Part shown: piece by piece, positions 13,010 through 26,165 of the stretch
Numbering within the stretch: the stretch's first letter is position 1
Layout: each line of letters starts with the position of its first letter
Assembly: GCF_964355755.1 (NCBI RefSeq)
Contig: NC_092674.1
Coordinates: forward strand, 12,462,001 to 12,526,000
DNA from: Antedon mediterranea
Taxonomy: Eukaryota > Animalia > Echinodermata
Direction of reading: 5' to 3'
Length of the DNA stretch: 64,000 nucleotides
Program-made: the position numbers and the translations under genes
The notes under the pieces: model-generated
What the model was told of the DNA's origin: nothing
The model's input: only the letters and a program-made list of their open reading frames with translations
Databases searched by the model: none

Positions 13010-14165
13010 ATAGTTGTCCCACTAAACAAATACAAGGACCGGGAAAACCCAGCAAACTATCGCCCAATTACTCTATTATCCATTTTTTTGTTAAAATATT
13101 AGAAAGAGGTTGGGGAGAATAAGATAATGGGTAGAAATAAAACAAATTATATCAGAGGAACAGGCGGGCTTTAGGAATAAATATAGGACGATTGATAATG
13201 CTTTTATACTATAATCAATAAAGCATTACAAAAAAAAGGGGAAAACGCTATAGTGTGTTTGTAGATTTTAAACAGGATTTTGATCGTGTGGATAGATCAA
13301 TTTTAATAAATTAGATAAGTTAAACCTTCTTGTAAACTCAATCTACTTGATATCTATGTACACGAACACTGAAATAAAAATGAAAACGCTGCATGGTTTA
13401 ACAGATGCAATATAATGTAGTATAGGATTAAAGCAAGGATGTCTCCTCTCTCCACTTCTTTTCACTCTTTTTATATGATTTTAAAGACATTTTACAGAGG
13501 GAAAAAAACCACTACTGTTTAATAGATAACAATGTAATTTCACACTTATTATTTGGAGATGATCTAGTTTTGTTTTCTTATTCTAAAGTTGGTCTACAAA
13601 AGCAAATAAATTGTCTTGTAAAATATTGCAATGTAAATAAGTTAGAAATAAATAAGTTAAAAACTAAAGCTTATGGTGTTCCGAAATGGTGGGGATGAAA
13701 AATGGTACATGATGTCAATATAGAAATAGTAAAAGAATATAAATATTTAGGTTTTTAATTTAATAATAAAGTGGATTGGAACACGATGAAAATTAAACAG
13801 GCGGAAAATCACGCTTTACATTATCGTGCCATAATCTGTTGATTGGAAAGGGGCGACATTAAAAAAGTAACCGAGAGTCTAGAATATGCATGTTTTGTGA
13901 TCAATTAAGTTTAGAAGATGAAAAACATTTTCTTTTTTACTCTCCTTTTATAAAAACATTAGAAAAAAAATATATGTCTAATTTAAATGTATACATGTTA
14001 AAAAATATGTTTATAAACAATGAAACTCAAAAAATTAAGTCTTTGCAACCTATTTATGTAAAGCTTATGAAAAGAGAAAAACCTGTATTTCCGAAAATAA
14101 TATAGATTTTATTATGTGAAATGGGCCGGAGGCCACTGTTTAATGAAATCAAAAGAAAGAAAAAA
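13010..14165 (+). mobile_element. Highly degraded non-LTR retrotransposon RT fragment
   Basis: Remnants NYRPITLL, EEQAGFR, FVDF..FDRVDR, GLKQGCLLSPLLF and LFGDDLV across stops and frameshifts. Confidence 0.75.
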
Positions 14166-14177
14166 AGTTGGTCTATA

Positions 14178-15700
14178 CATCAGCGTAGTACAGAAACGGC
14201 TTTGTTAAAAGTCAAAACATATATTCTCCACAACTTTGCCACAGGTCGCGTGCTTATAAGCAATAATTCATACATGTCATCCGTGTTCGACACAGTGGAC
14301 CATACAGTTTTAATTATTTCATTTATTTATTTTATTCATTTCCCAACCAACAGTGAGCTCATGGTTCACCACTTACAGGAGGGAACACAGACAAACACGA
14401 ACATATACAATAACAAACATTAAACTAAACTACTAACAATGTTACGAAACTTACGGAAATTATTACTAAAGATATCTAACTCAGGGTTTCTTAAAGTAAA
14501 AGAATTATAAGTTTGACTTAATCTACTAATAAAACCATGTTTTAAAACATTTACTCTACTAAAAGGAATATGAAAAGTAGTATTTCTTCTAAGACGACGA
14601 CTAGGGACTCTAAGATAAAAATTACTAACTAAGTTACAGTCAATTAAAGAATAAATACATTTATACAAAAAAACAAGATCAAAAAAGGTTCTACGAGACT
14701 CAAGAGATCGGACATGGAAATGAAAGTCAGGATTCTGGTTGTGGCTGATGTAGCGTAAAAAACGGTTATGCAGACGCTGAATGCGCGTAGACTGAGTTTT
14801 TGAAATAGAATTAAAAATAACAGAACTGAAGTTGAGAATGGGATGGATAATTGAATAATAAAGGTGGATTTTGGTTTGCCTGTCAACATGTTTACAATTA
14901 CGCCACATCAGCCCAAGCAGTCTATTGCACTTGCCAACAAGATAATCAATATGAAAAGAAAAGCAAAGGGAACTATCAATAAAAACACCAGGATCTTTTT
15001 GCGATTGCATATTAATAATATAATTAATAGATTATCTAATGAGTTTGAGTATCAAATTTGGTGCTATAAATTGAATTGGATCATGTTTAGACAACCGATG
15101 TTACAAGGTCAAATTGTTGGGTTGTCAATCTGTAAAAACAAAAATTAAAGTCGGTGTCCCACAGGGGTCAACAATTAGCCCGGCACTTTTTACAGCGTAT
15201 ACTAGACCTATTGCCGATATTATAAAGTTTCATAATGTTGGGTATCATCTATATGCTGATGATACCCGACTTTATTCAAATTTTGATCCTAAAATAGCCG
15301 GTGACTTAGAAGTGTCTATTTTTTAGATTAATAATCTGTATCAAAAAACTTAAAATATGGATGTGTAAAAACAAACTTACGCTTAATGAGCAAAAGACAG
15401 AACTTTTAGTTTTGGTTCCACTAAAGGTTAATATTAATGATAGTAAAATTGAACTTAATATTGGTGGTGACATTCTGAAACCATCAGATACCGTTACGAA
15501 TCTTTGATACAGACCTTAGCATGACACCTCATATTAATATGATTTGTATATGACTTCTATATTTTTATATATTTATATTTTCCTATGTATCATTTTTCAT
15601 TGAGATTTCTATTTTTATATCTTAAAATTGTAACAAAATATGTTAAGCGCTTTGATCAACTATATCGCTATATAAGCATTTAGTATTATAATTATTATCA
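14178..15700 (+). mobile_element. L2-like LINE RT fragment split by a nested LINE
   Basis: STETALLKV...FDTVDH (14180-14310) resumes as GVPQGS..YADDT (15150-15280); short AT-rich tail near 15685. Confidence 0.7.
14315..15095 (-). mobile_element. CR1-like LINE 3' fragment nested in the L2-like element
   Basis: ORF 14420-15010 (KDPGVFIDSSLCF..HI, LYYSIIHPIL, LESRRTFFDLVFLYK); A-rich tail at 14315-14340 on the minus strand. Confidence 0.75.
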
Positions 15701-16420
15701 CTAGATGTACGCGAGCGAAGCGAGCGTACCTTCTAGGTCGTGTCCACAGATGGTTCTCAAATACACAGTAATTCCAGCGTAAAAAAACTGGCGATTTTAA
15801 ATGTACTTACCGAAGGACTATAAATACATTGTCGTTTTCCGAAACGAATAAATAGACACGATGATTAATGTAGTCAACTGAAATTAACACCCATGGAATT
15901 AGGCCTACTTCCGAAGGAGAAACTTGTCTTAAAAATGAGTCCAAGTTTTTTATTTTAACTCATTTAAACAAACCCAATTTGTGTTTTGTATATAACATTA
16001 GAGTTGAGTGATGGGGAAGAGGATGGGAAGATAAATTTTTAAACAAATTCTTTATCCACTCAGTAACGAAAAATAGTTTTAAATGTTTTATAGGCCTATC
16101 AATAATATACCACTAAACAAAGTAAAACATTTACGATTTAATACTTTTTTAAAACTGTCCCTTTTATAGTCGATTGAAATAGTAAACGACGACGTTTATA
16201 TTTGGGTAATAAATGGGTAATACGTATTTACAATATTGCTAAAGTATTGCAATATTATATCTCAGTCTGAGAGATTGGAATGTTCTATTCATCGCAAATC
16301 AATACATTTGTATAAACGTATATTATTAAATCTAACAAAATAGTATTTTTTTAAAGAATTCGGCCTGTCTTCAACATTATGAGACTGTACTCGAGCTGTT
16401 CAACCGGTTTTTAGCTATTA
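15701..16420 (-). mobile_element. Non-autonomous Helitron, 3' portion
   Basis: CTAG terminus with GC-rich hairpin (15701-15736); colinear with parts of 35050-36175. Confidence 0.7.
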
Positions 16421-18105
16421 AAGCTCAGGTACAGGCATGAATTTTAAATATAATATCTGGTTAAGTACATTAATGAAATATTTGTAACAGAAATCAAGAC
16501 GAAAGAACATGAATTTCCATTAAAATGGTCGAATACAAAATATGGCAAAATTCTGCCATAAAAACCAGGAAGACTTTTTTTCAGTATTTAGATCTTGACA
16601 GATTCGTGACGGACGCATATTCAAATAAACCAAATTCACTAGAATTTAGTAATGAAGCAAAAGTTTTAGATTCGTCTTAAAAATATCATATCATCGCATC
16701 CAATCCTATTACTATTGAAAACGAATTGAAACATTTTAACACGCTTTTTATGATGGCCACACAAATCGTCAGATCTATGTAATGAGAAATATACAAACAG
16801 TGATGTCGGGGTGGGTGTTTGTGGAAGGCATTTGTTGGTAACATTAATTTCATAATAAAATAAATTCCCCTATATCAAGTACAACACTGTATTTCGTATT
16901 ATCAAAATTGATAACAATAAACAATTGTATGAAAATAATTGTTAAATAGATATAACAGTTAATCAATTATTCAACATAATATAATTATAATTGTGTTATA
17001 ATACAGAATTGTGTGTATAATGTGGGTGGCGTGGCGTTTATTAGAGGGTGGAATTTGAATATTCCAAAGATGTTTTATGGGGGAGAGGGCGTTCGTATAT
17101 CGGGTCTCAACGGCGATAAACGCAGATAGCGCGCAACCTGTTCAAACCTAACATCAACTCAACAACTCGGCTACCATTTAGCTATATCGAGAATTTACCT
17201 GATTTGAAATACATCTATGATTATGGCTATAATCAGTTCTCCCGATTGAGGCATAGTGTAATTTATGATATTCAAAATTGATATACTGATTTTAAAATTT
17301 ACCCGCAATATAATTCGATGATGTTTTAATATAATTGATTTGTTGATCGTTTTTTTGCACAAACAAAAATGTGATGTGCCCATATATTGACATGATGATG
17401 TCATATAACTACCATATTTGGGCACACTAATGTTATAGTGTAGACAGCTTGGAATGTTACGCGTGGCCGTAAAAAAGCAAAACGAACATTGGAGGGGAGC
17501 AAAAACTCGGAAGTCGCAAAATAGTATTAGTGAAACGCGTAATAACATTGCAGTGATATTTATTAATTCATAAAGTTTATGAAATAATTAAATTAAAAAA
17601 ATTATTACAAAGTGCGACAGACAGTTATTACAACGTGCGACAGCTCGATTACTACAAGTGCGACACAGTACAAACGGGGTTTACAGATAGTAGTTATATG
17701 CGATGTGTCTTTTTTAAAGACAGTACTTATCAGAAATGGACCCTATTTGTGTCCTTTCTTGAGTTTCGGGATCATTAATTTGAAAATAATATTAAGTTCT
17801 GTGGTGAGATCTTACTTGGAGATTCAGGGCTTTAAATGACCGCGACTTAAAACTGTCTTTGATTTATCTTACTTCCCAATGTCAAGATTAACATTGATGA
17901 GGCAGCGTTGTTCCGAATTACGTGAGGGGTACCGTGCAGTCCTCGACAATATCAGTCATCCTCACTACAAAGTAGGCCTAAGTTGGTTCATTTAGGTATG
18001 TTATTACCGATACGCCCTTTAAAAATTGTTAAATTAGCACTTTGTTTTAAACACACTGAATTATATACTGTAGTACATATTAATATTAATGTTTGTAGCA
18101 CTTAC

Positions 18106-18204
18106 ATTCTCCTGAAGATCCAATTTAGCACCAGCCTTGAGCAAAATAGTGCAAACATCTGTGTGGCCCTTTAGTGCAGCCAAATATAAAGGTGACGCTC
18201 CATT
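18106..18204 (-). CDS. Ankyrin-repeat exon A: NGASPLYLAALKGHTDVCTILLKAGAKLDLQEN
   Basis: 99 bp; tttcAG acceptor; GTaagt donor; phase 0; ankyrin consensus G-x-S/T-P-L-x-x-A-A-x-x-G-H...LL..GA. Confidence 0.9.
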
Positions 18205-20304
18205 CTGAAACATTACAAACATTATGTTATAGTAGTTTTTACTCTAAACAAAGTATTATAATATTTTCCTGCAATCAATACGATGTAATCAATTAAAAAT
18301 AACGTTATAGATTTAAATAATGCTACATTGTATTGACGAGAGGTTCTGCCAATAGAGGGCTAAAATCACGAATTATTCATTCATTCATTCATTCATTCAA
18401 TCTTTTATTTCGGAAACTCTGGTCCATAGAAAGTAAATTACATATAAATGAAATAAATAAAATAAACAAAATTACTACTACTCATCTCAGGATGGCATTC
18501 CATCTGGAGAGCATCTTCGACTTAACTAAGACATTGCTTATAATCGTTGAGATTAAAATATGCACGATATTGTTTACGTGTTTTAATATTATGTATGATT
18601 TTCAGACATAATTTTAAAAGCTTGCATGAAAATAGTGTAGTTTTCTCATCTTCTAAATCAAATGTCAACTGTATACGTGAAGCATACTTTTATTGGATTG
18701 TTATTGTATTGTTTTAACAATACACTACATTTCAGTTCCAACTTATCCTTACATACATAAACTTGGTTCTTAATTGATATGATAATCCTTATTGCAGCTT
18801 ATAGGCTATGGGGCATGGCCTTCTATCGTTTCATTTCGTGATCCCCTATCGGGGGGGAGAATAAAATTGCTATGACAATTATAACAAAAATATAGATAAC
18901 CTTAAACTGGCCGGTCCCGCTTGTAAATTTTACGCGTCAACGAAATATGTTTGTTTTTATATGTATTTTATTGCGATATAGAAGATTTTTGTAGGTCAGT
19001 ACAGGTCGCACAATTGACCAATCAAAAAATTTGTCTTTTAACTCATGGAGCTGTGCAACAGTAACTGTCCAATCAGATTCCCTTACACAGCGGGATACGG
19101 CTACTAGACGATCGTAAACAAACATGTGTTGTTCTTCTGGAGCGCGGAGCAGGAAGATGTCATCTTCTGATGATCAAAAACGTTGTTATTGACACAATAC
19201 ATCTAATTCTGGGACAATATTAACATTCACAGAAACCAAATGGAAAACTTTTTTAATGTGTACAAAAAGTTGGTGCAATCTAAGCGGCAATCAAAAGGAG
19301 TTTTGTAGCCGCAAATCCTTTTGAAAATATTGAGAGGAGCTTACCAATACTTGTTACCAATTCCTGGCGACGCTGGATGTCATAAAAAGATGCTATCAAT
19401 ATTTCACTGATTGTAGCAAACAAAGGCGAGCAGTAAAATATGAAATAGAGGATGTTAATTCATCCAACAATGAAGAAGGTAAATTCTATTTGTTTTAATG
19501 ATAGGTCTAGCCTAGGCTAGGCCCCTACTAGGCCTAGTAATTAGTTCATATCATACTGCCTTGCTAAAAAAAGCCTAGCTAGGTAGGTTGGCGGTGGGTA
19601 GCCTACAAAGTTTATTTTTTTAATATGTATTAAGCCTACGTAGAGTAGGCTAGGCCTAGTATATAATTTTTTTAAAATATCTGGGCCAACAAAAAATGAA
19701 TCCATAATTACAATATGAATTAGGCCTAGCTAGGGTGGCCCCAGTATTATTGTGTAGTGGACCTAGTTTGATGGTACCTCCATCTTGGGAAAAAACATTT
19801 GCATTTTATTATTCAATGTGGTAATGCATGCAAACCTTGGCAAGTAGCCTCAGGCAAGGACAGAATGGACCAACCTGATGCTTTATGTTGTTATTTGAGA
19901 CATATTATTTGAATTCTTGTACTGCAATATTAAATAGTGTATAGATGATACTGAACTGATTATATTATTATATTTATTACACAAACATTTAGAATCATAA
20001 ATATTATTAGTATTCTTTTTTTTTACAGAAGAATTTCAAGGATTAGAGTCAACAGAAGAGTTACTAAACGAAGGAGAGTTCTGCGATCACATGTAGCAAT
20101 TACACAAACTGCATAAAAAATGCTGAACGAAGTCGAAGAGTAGCCATCGGCTCACAAACAATTAAAATACCAAAAGCCGAACAGCAAATTCCAGAACAGT
20201 TGAAAACATTTTTATCTGCTAATCAAGTTCTTCTTTCAAATATGAAGCATGTGTGAAGCAGATCACCTCAAGGGAATAAATGTATTCATAACATCATCAT
20301 TATT

Positions 20305-21171
20305 ATGCCATTCTATTTCAGAATCAAATGGAAAAGTTTTAATCAAGAAGAGGCAGACACCAGAATGTTTCTGTATGCGAAGTATGCTGCACACCATGGT
20401 GGTAAAGATATTGTTACAATCAGCCCTGACACTGATGATGTTTTTATTATTGGATTGGAATTTTGCAAAAGTCTGCATGGCTCTCACCTATATTTCAATA
20501 CTGGAAAAGATGCTAATCTCCGAACAATTCATCTGCAGGCTATTCAGGAACATATTGGAAATGATGTTTCAAATGCATTAATTAGACTACATTGCTTCAC
20601 AGGATGCGATTCAGTCAGAGCTTTTTTTGGGAACGGTAAAGTGAAGGCAATGAAACTCGTAATGGAAAACTCTAATTTATGCATTCTTTTCATTGGGCAA
20701 TTCTACCAGCAAACTTTCAGATGAATTACTTTGTGATCTAGAAACATTTGTATGTAGGCTGTACAGTATTGTCACAAGAACCAATCTGTCAATGAAGTAA
20801 GGTATGCAATGTTCTCAATGAATGTAAGAGCTGAAAATATGATGCCACACAATAAGGATACTGTATATAAACATATTCAGCATGCCAATTCTCAAGCTTC
20901 AATTCACAAAGCTAGTTTTATTCAACAACAAAATGCTCCATCTCCTGTTGGAAATGGGTGGAAGATGGCCGATAATAAACTCGTAATTGACTGGATGGAG
21001 AAGCAACCTGCTCTACACAGCATTCTCGAATTGTCATCCTGGTCATGTAAAAAGTCAAAATGCAATGAAGGGGTTGCAAATGAAAAATGCTGTGTATCCT
21101 TAGGATTCTCTTGTACAGAATTATGCTCGTGCAAAAACTGTAACAATCTTCTTCATACATCAGATGTTTGA
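20305..21171 (+). pseudogene. Academ protein C-terminal remnant (XPG/PIN-like nuclease plus Cys-rich zinc finger)
   Basis: EEADTRM, SPDTD, LHCFTGCDSV.AFFG.GK, P.PVGNGWK, SCKKSKC...CTELCSCKNC; broken across ORFs. Confidence 0.75.
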
Positions 21172-21303
21172 AATTGATGGAGATGATAGCGATGATGAGG
21201 AAGAGTTTGAGCAGGAAGAACTTTTTAGTGTTACAGTAGTTTAAGTGTAATTTATGGTTTACAAATGTTCATTTTACTTGGTCTACATGATTTTAATGTA
21301 ATA

Positions 21304-21618
21304 GGCCTATAATATGTAAATTTATATTAAACTATTTTGTAACTTAACTATTTTGTAACGTAAAAGATGAACCATGAGAAAGTATAAATAAAGAACCCAT
21401 GAGGTGATAAGCAATATTAAGACACAGGAGTATTATAAGAAACTTTCTACTTTGATGCTTACAATACATTAATATGCCTATAAAATGTAAATTTATATTA
21501 AACTATTTTGTAACTTAACTATTTTGTAACGTAACGGATGAACCATGAGAAAGTATAAAATAAAGAACCCATGAGATGATAAGCAATATTAAGAAACAGG
21601 AGTATTATAAGAAACTTT
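21304..21618 (+). repeat. Local direct duplication (~140 bp x2) inside the Academ element
   Basis: gcctata..atgtaaatttatattaaactattttgtaac...caggagtattataagaaacttt occurs at ~21305 and ~21476. Confidence 0.8.
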
Positions 21619-22268
21619 GCTGTAATAATTTCATTTATTTGTTACTAATTGATTATAATTCTATGTTATACATCTACAATGAAAACAATAATGCAACATT
21701 TGATTTATTACTAATTGATTATAATTCTATGTTATGCATCCAATGAAAACAAAAAGTTGCAATTATATAGGAGAGATAATATTAATAAATATTTTGTGAC
21801 AGCATAGTCATGAATTATAAAGATTGAAAATGCATCTTCTTTTCAGTGTGCTTAAATAAATATTAATTAAGGTTTACTAACAGATACATTTCTTACAAGG
21901 ACTACAATATTAATCTCAAAATTATGATAAAAATATTGCATGTTAAATGTAAAAGAAAGATACAGTATAAGTTATTCCAATGGAACGATTGTATTTTATC
22001 CAGTACTAACACTAACAGAAAATATACAAAATAGAGGGCGCTATTTCTATGTATTTCTTTATGTTGAGAAATTCGATTTTTTTACACCTAAAATTACACT
22101 TATTGCGTAACTTTTGAAAGCGGGACCGGCTGAATTTGTGTTAATCTAATTATTAACTATAAACTGTGTGAATATCTTCCTCCCCCCCGTTAGGAGATCA
22201 CGAAATTCGTTTTCTAGGCCTCTTTTTGGCTCATGCCCCATAGCCTATTAAAAGAAGCTATACTGGTA

Positions 22269-23557
22269 ATGAGCGCAGTAACATCTGACAAACGGCGGGC
22301 TTTGATAACTGCTGTAAAATCAACAGGGGCTAAATTTGAACCAGAACACTGGGTTAACCCGATATCAATCACGAAAGATGCCCTGGATTATTTATCATCA
22401 TGTTTTAAATCAGATGTAATTAGAATTCTATAGACCTCAGCTTCATCCCTATTTCTAGATAAATGCCATTCATACTCATTGAGAGATGGCTGGTTTATTT
22501 AGCAGAAACCAGACATCGTTTAACTTGCATCAGCTTAAACTTATTATAGCTTGACCAAAATTATGCAAAAATCCCACCTCCTCTTGGGAGTTTTCTGCCG
22601 CTAGTTTAGGCCTCCTCCAAGGCAATTATTGTTATTGATTATACGAATTACGTAATTAGTTAGCTTAGCAATGATCTATGCCTCAAAAGCTCGGACGAGT
22701 TAGAATTTGAGGGGAAAGGTCATAGGTCAAGGTCACAACTAACAAAAAACTATTTTACTGCCTAGAGACCACAGTTTTTATCCAATTCTCACCAAATTTA
22801 GCCACAATGATCAATGATCCATCATATAATTGTGGTTACATTTTGAAGAGTCAGGGTCAAAGATCAAGGTCCACAAAAAACAAAAAAAAAAGAAATAAAA
22901 AAAAATAATAAAAAAAAACCTCGACCTCAACTGTGAGAGGCTGGATACATAACCATTACACCAAACTTTCATCCACAACTTTGCAGTGTGCAGTTAGCCT
23001 ATTTACACTTAGAACTAAGAAAAAAAAAGTATATATATATATATATATATTTTCGAGAGACATTTTATGTGGGGGAATTTTACAGTAGGCGGATGTTTGT
23101 ACTCTCAGAGTACCCTCTAGTTGGAATTGTTATTTGTAATAGTACAGGACTAATTTAAATGCAGAAGCTCACAGTAAGTTTACGTCGTTGTACCATTGTT
23201 TCCTGATAATTGGAATGTAATCAGTTTTTATTATAGTGATTTCTGATTTGACAAATTAAATTTGTCAAAATCAGAAATCACTATAATGTATGACTGATGA
23301 GTTCAAGTTCAATCTGAAAACATCACTGATGACACAAATTATAGCTAAACATTAATTATTATTGTCAACATAATCGAGTTGAAGGTATTGCTGTATATGT
23401 ACATAAATATCATAGTATAGCATACTGACAAAAAACGTTACATAAGGTAATTAGTCTATTTTCGTATACTAAGCGACATACATTTTCTATACCTGACATA
23501 ATTATTTGAAGTATGTATATCCCAATATATTTGGTTGGTGTCATAATATGCGATTTT
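22269..23557 (+). repeat. Large inverted repeat, left arm (1289 bp)
   Basis: Reverse complement of 24311-25598; the only difference noticed is one homopolymer length. Confidence 0.95.
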
Positions 23558-24310
23558 AAACTCACATAAACATGCAATGAAATCCTCGTTATTGAAAAAA
23601 AAAATCTATTTATTAATATTAATATATTGTTTTCTCTTTTTACTTGGTTAGATAAAACATGTTACTAAGAAACGGCAAACATTCTAGTTTAAATTCTTTA
23701 TGTTAAGTACCCACAGATTGCACTATTTTCTGTAAGCTTAAATAGATTCTCTTTTCGTTCATGTGTTGGGAATAGAAAATATTTCTCTTCAAACAGTTTC
23801 CAAAATATTGGTACACAACAATGAAAAAAAAATGTGTGTTACGTTCTCGGTCACGGTCACTAGAACCATTCTTGCGACTGAGTTGAACTTCGAAAATGCC
23901 AGTCAGATGTAAAAACAAGTTAAAAAGAATAAATTAGCAATTGTCACTACATACTCATCCTTCAAAACTAGCCGCCATCAAGCAAACACTCAATGCACAC
24001 TCATTCAGATAAACAAAAAAATGCACTTATTTTCGGATGATTTTTTTCTTACTTAATTTGTGTATTGTTTTATATTAATGTACATCGTTTTTTTTTTTAA
24101 TATTATGACTCCAATTATATATTGGAAATAAGGATTTGATCGAGTCGACCTTAGATTTGCAAGTAACAGAGAAGCATTTCTCTTGTCCGTTGTCAGATGG
24201 TTATTGAATCTTTGTTGTTGATTTCTCTAATACTTATATGTAATTAACCGCTTTACGTCACTCTGTGTAGTAGGTACTACATACTCATCCTTCAAAACTG
24301 TCAGGTATAG

Positions 24311-25598
24311 AAAATCGCATATTATGACACCAACCAAATATATTGGGATATACATACTTCAAATAATTATGTCAGGTATAGAAAATGTATGTCGCTTAGT
24401 ATACGAAAATAGACTAATTACCTTATGTAACGTTTTTTGTCAGTATGCTATACTATGATATTTATGTACATATACAGCAATACCTTCAACTCGATTATGT
24501 TGACAATAATAATTAATGTTTAGCTATAATTTGTGTCATCAGTGATGTTTTCAGATTGAACTTGAACTCATCAGTCATACATTATAGTGATTTCTGATTT
24601 TGACAAATTTAATTTGTCAAATCAGAAATCACTATAATAAAAACTGATTACATTCCAATTATCAGGAAACAATGGTACAACGACGTAAACTTACTGTGAG
24701 CTTCTGCATTTAAATTAGTCCTGTACTATTACAAATAACAATTCCAACTAGAGGGTACTCTGAGAGTACAAACATCCGCCTACTGTAAAATTCCCCCACA
24801 TAAAATGTCTCTCGAAAATATATATATATATATATATACTTTTTTTTTCTTAGTTCTAAGTGTAAATAGGCTAACTGCACACTGCAAAGTTGTGGATGAA
24901 AGTTTGGTGTAATGGTTATGTATCCAGCCTCTCACAGTTGAGGTCGAGGTTTTTTTTTATTATTTTTTTTTATTTCTTTTTTTTTGTTTTTTGTGGACCT
25001 TGATCTTTGACCCTGACTCTTCAAAATGTAACCACAATTATATGATGGATCATTGATCATTGTGGCTAAATTTGGTGAGAATTGGATAAAAACTGTGGTC
25101 TCTAGGCAGTAAAATAGTTTTTTGTTAGTTGTGACCTTGACCTATGACCTTTCCCCTCAAATTCTAACTCGTCCGAGCTTTTGAGGCATAGATCATTGCT
25201 AAGCTAACTAATTACGTAATTCGTATAATCAATAACAATAATTGCCTTGGAGGAGGCCTAAACTAGCGGCAGAAAACTCCCAAGAGGAGGTGGGATTTTT
25301 GCATAATTTTGGTCAAGCTATAATAAGTTTAAGCTGATGCAAGTTAAACGATGTCTGGTTTCTGCTAAATAAACCAGCCATCTCTCAATGAGTATGAATG
25401 GCATTTATCTAGAAATAGGGATGAAGCTGAGGTCTATAGAATTCTAATTACATCTGATTTAAAACATGATGATAAATAATCCAGGGCATCTTTCGTGATT
25501 GATATCGGGTTAACCCAGTGTTCTGGTTCAAATTTAGCCCCTGTTGATTTTACAGCAGTTATCAAAGCCCGCCGTTTGTCAGATGTTACTGCGCTCAT
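24311..25598 (-). repeat. Large inverted repeat, right arm (1288 bp)
   Basis: Reverse complement of 22269-23557; 753-bp spacer between the arms. Confidence 0.95.
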
Positions 25599-26165
25599 AC
25601 ATATATATTATAACTCTAGTAACTGTCCTTTTCTGATATCTATCTTCGACTCAATGTATTTCATTTCTTTCATGAATATGAACAGTTTATCTTAAATGAA
25701 AGTTGAATTGAATTTGAATTGCTTGTTTATTGTATTAACCATTGTCTGTAATGTTAGTATTAATTTCTTTAAAATTAATCTTATGAGCGTTAGTTTTACA
25801 GCAACAATAGTACTTTATTTAACATTTTATAATAACAATAAATTACCCTAGATATGAATAAGTACAACACCGTGTTTGATAGTATCAAGAAGTGATAACA
25901 GTAAACAATTGTATGAATATGCTTGATAAACAAATAGACATAGCAGTCAATGAATTATTCAACAATTAGTATAATTGTGTTTGTTTTAGAATACAATATT
26001 GTGTGTATAAATGTACGTGGCGGAGCGTTTATTAGAGGGTGGAGGTTGGATATTCCAAAGATGTTTTATTGGCAAGGGGCGTTTATTCAAATATTTGCGG
26101 TAGGCCTAATTAGTATAATCAATATATTATTTAGTGTAAATCAAACACCAAATAATGACAATCAT

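Larger units (their letters stand above)
18802..22247 (+). mobile_element. Academ (AcademX-type) DNA transposon, internally deleted
   Basis: Termini TAGGCTATGGGGCATG...CATGCCCCATAGCCTA; imperfect TIR ~140 bp; 3-bp TSD TTA (18799-18801, 22248-22250); internal XPG-like and Cys-rich coding remnants. Confidence 0.8.

Noticed and set aside
22290-22530. Possible hAT transposase fragment (ISITKDALDYLSSCFKSDVIRIL...SLFLD)
   Set aside because: Resemblance is too short and degraded to call without an HMM search.
22269-25598. Inverted arms as TIRs of a single transposon
   Set aside because: No TSD at the outer ends; the arms and spacer consist of host intron blocks with paralogs elsewhere (~47900-48850).
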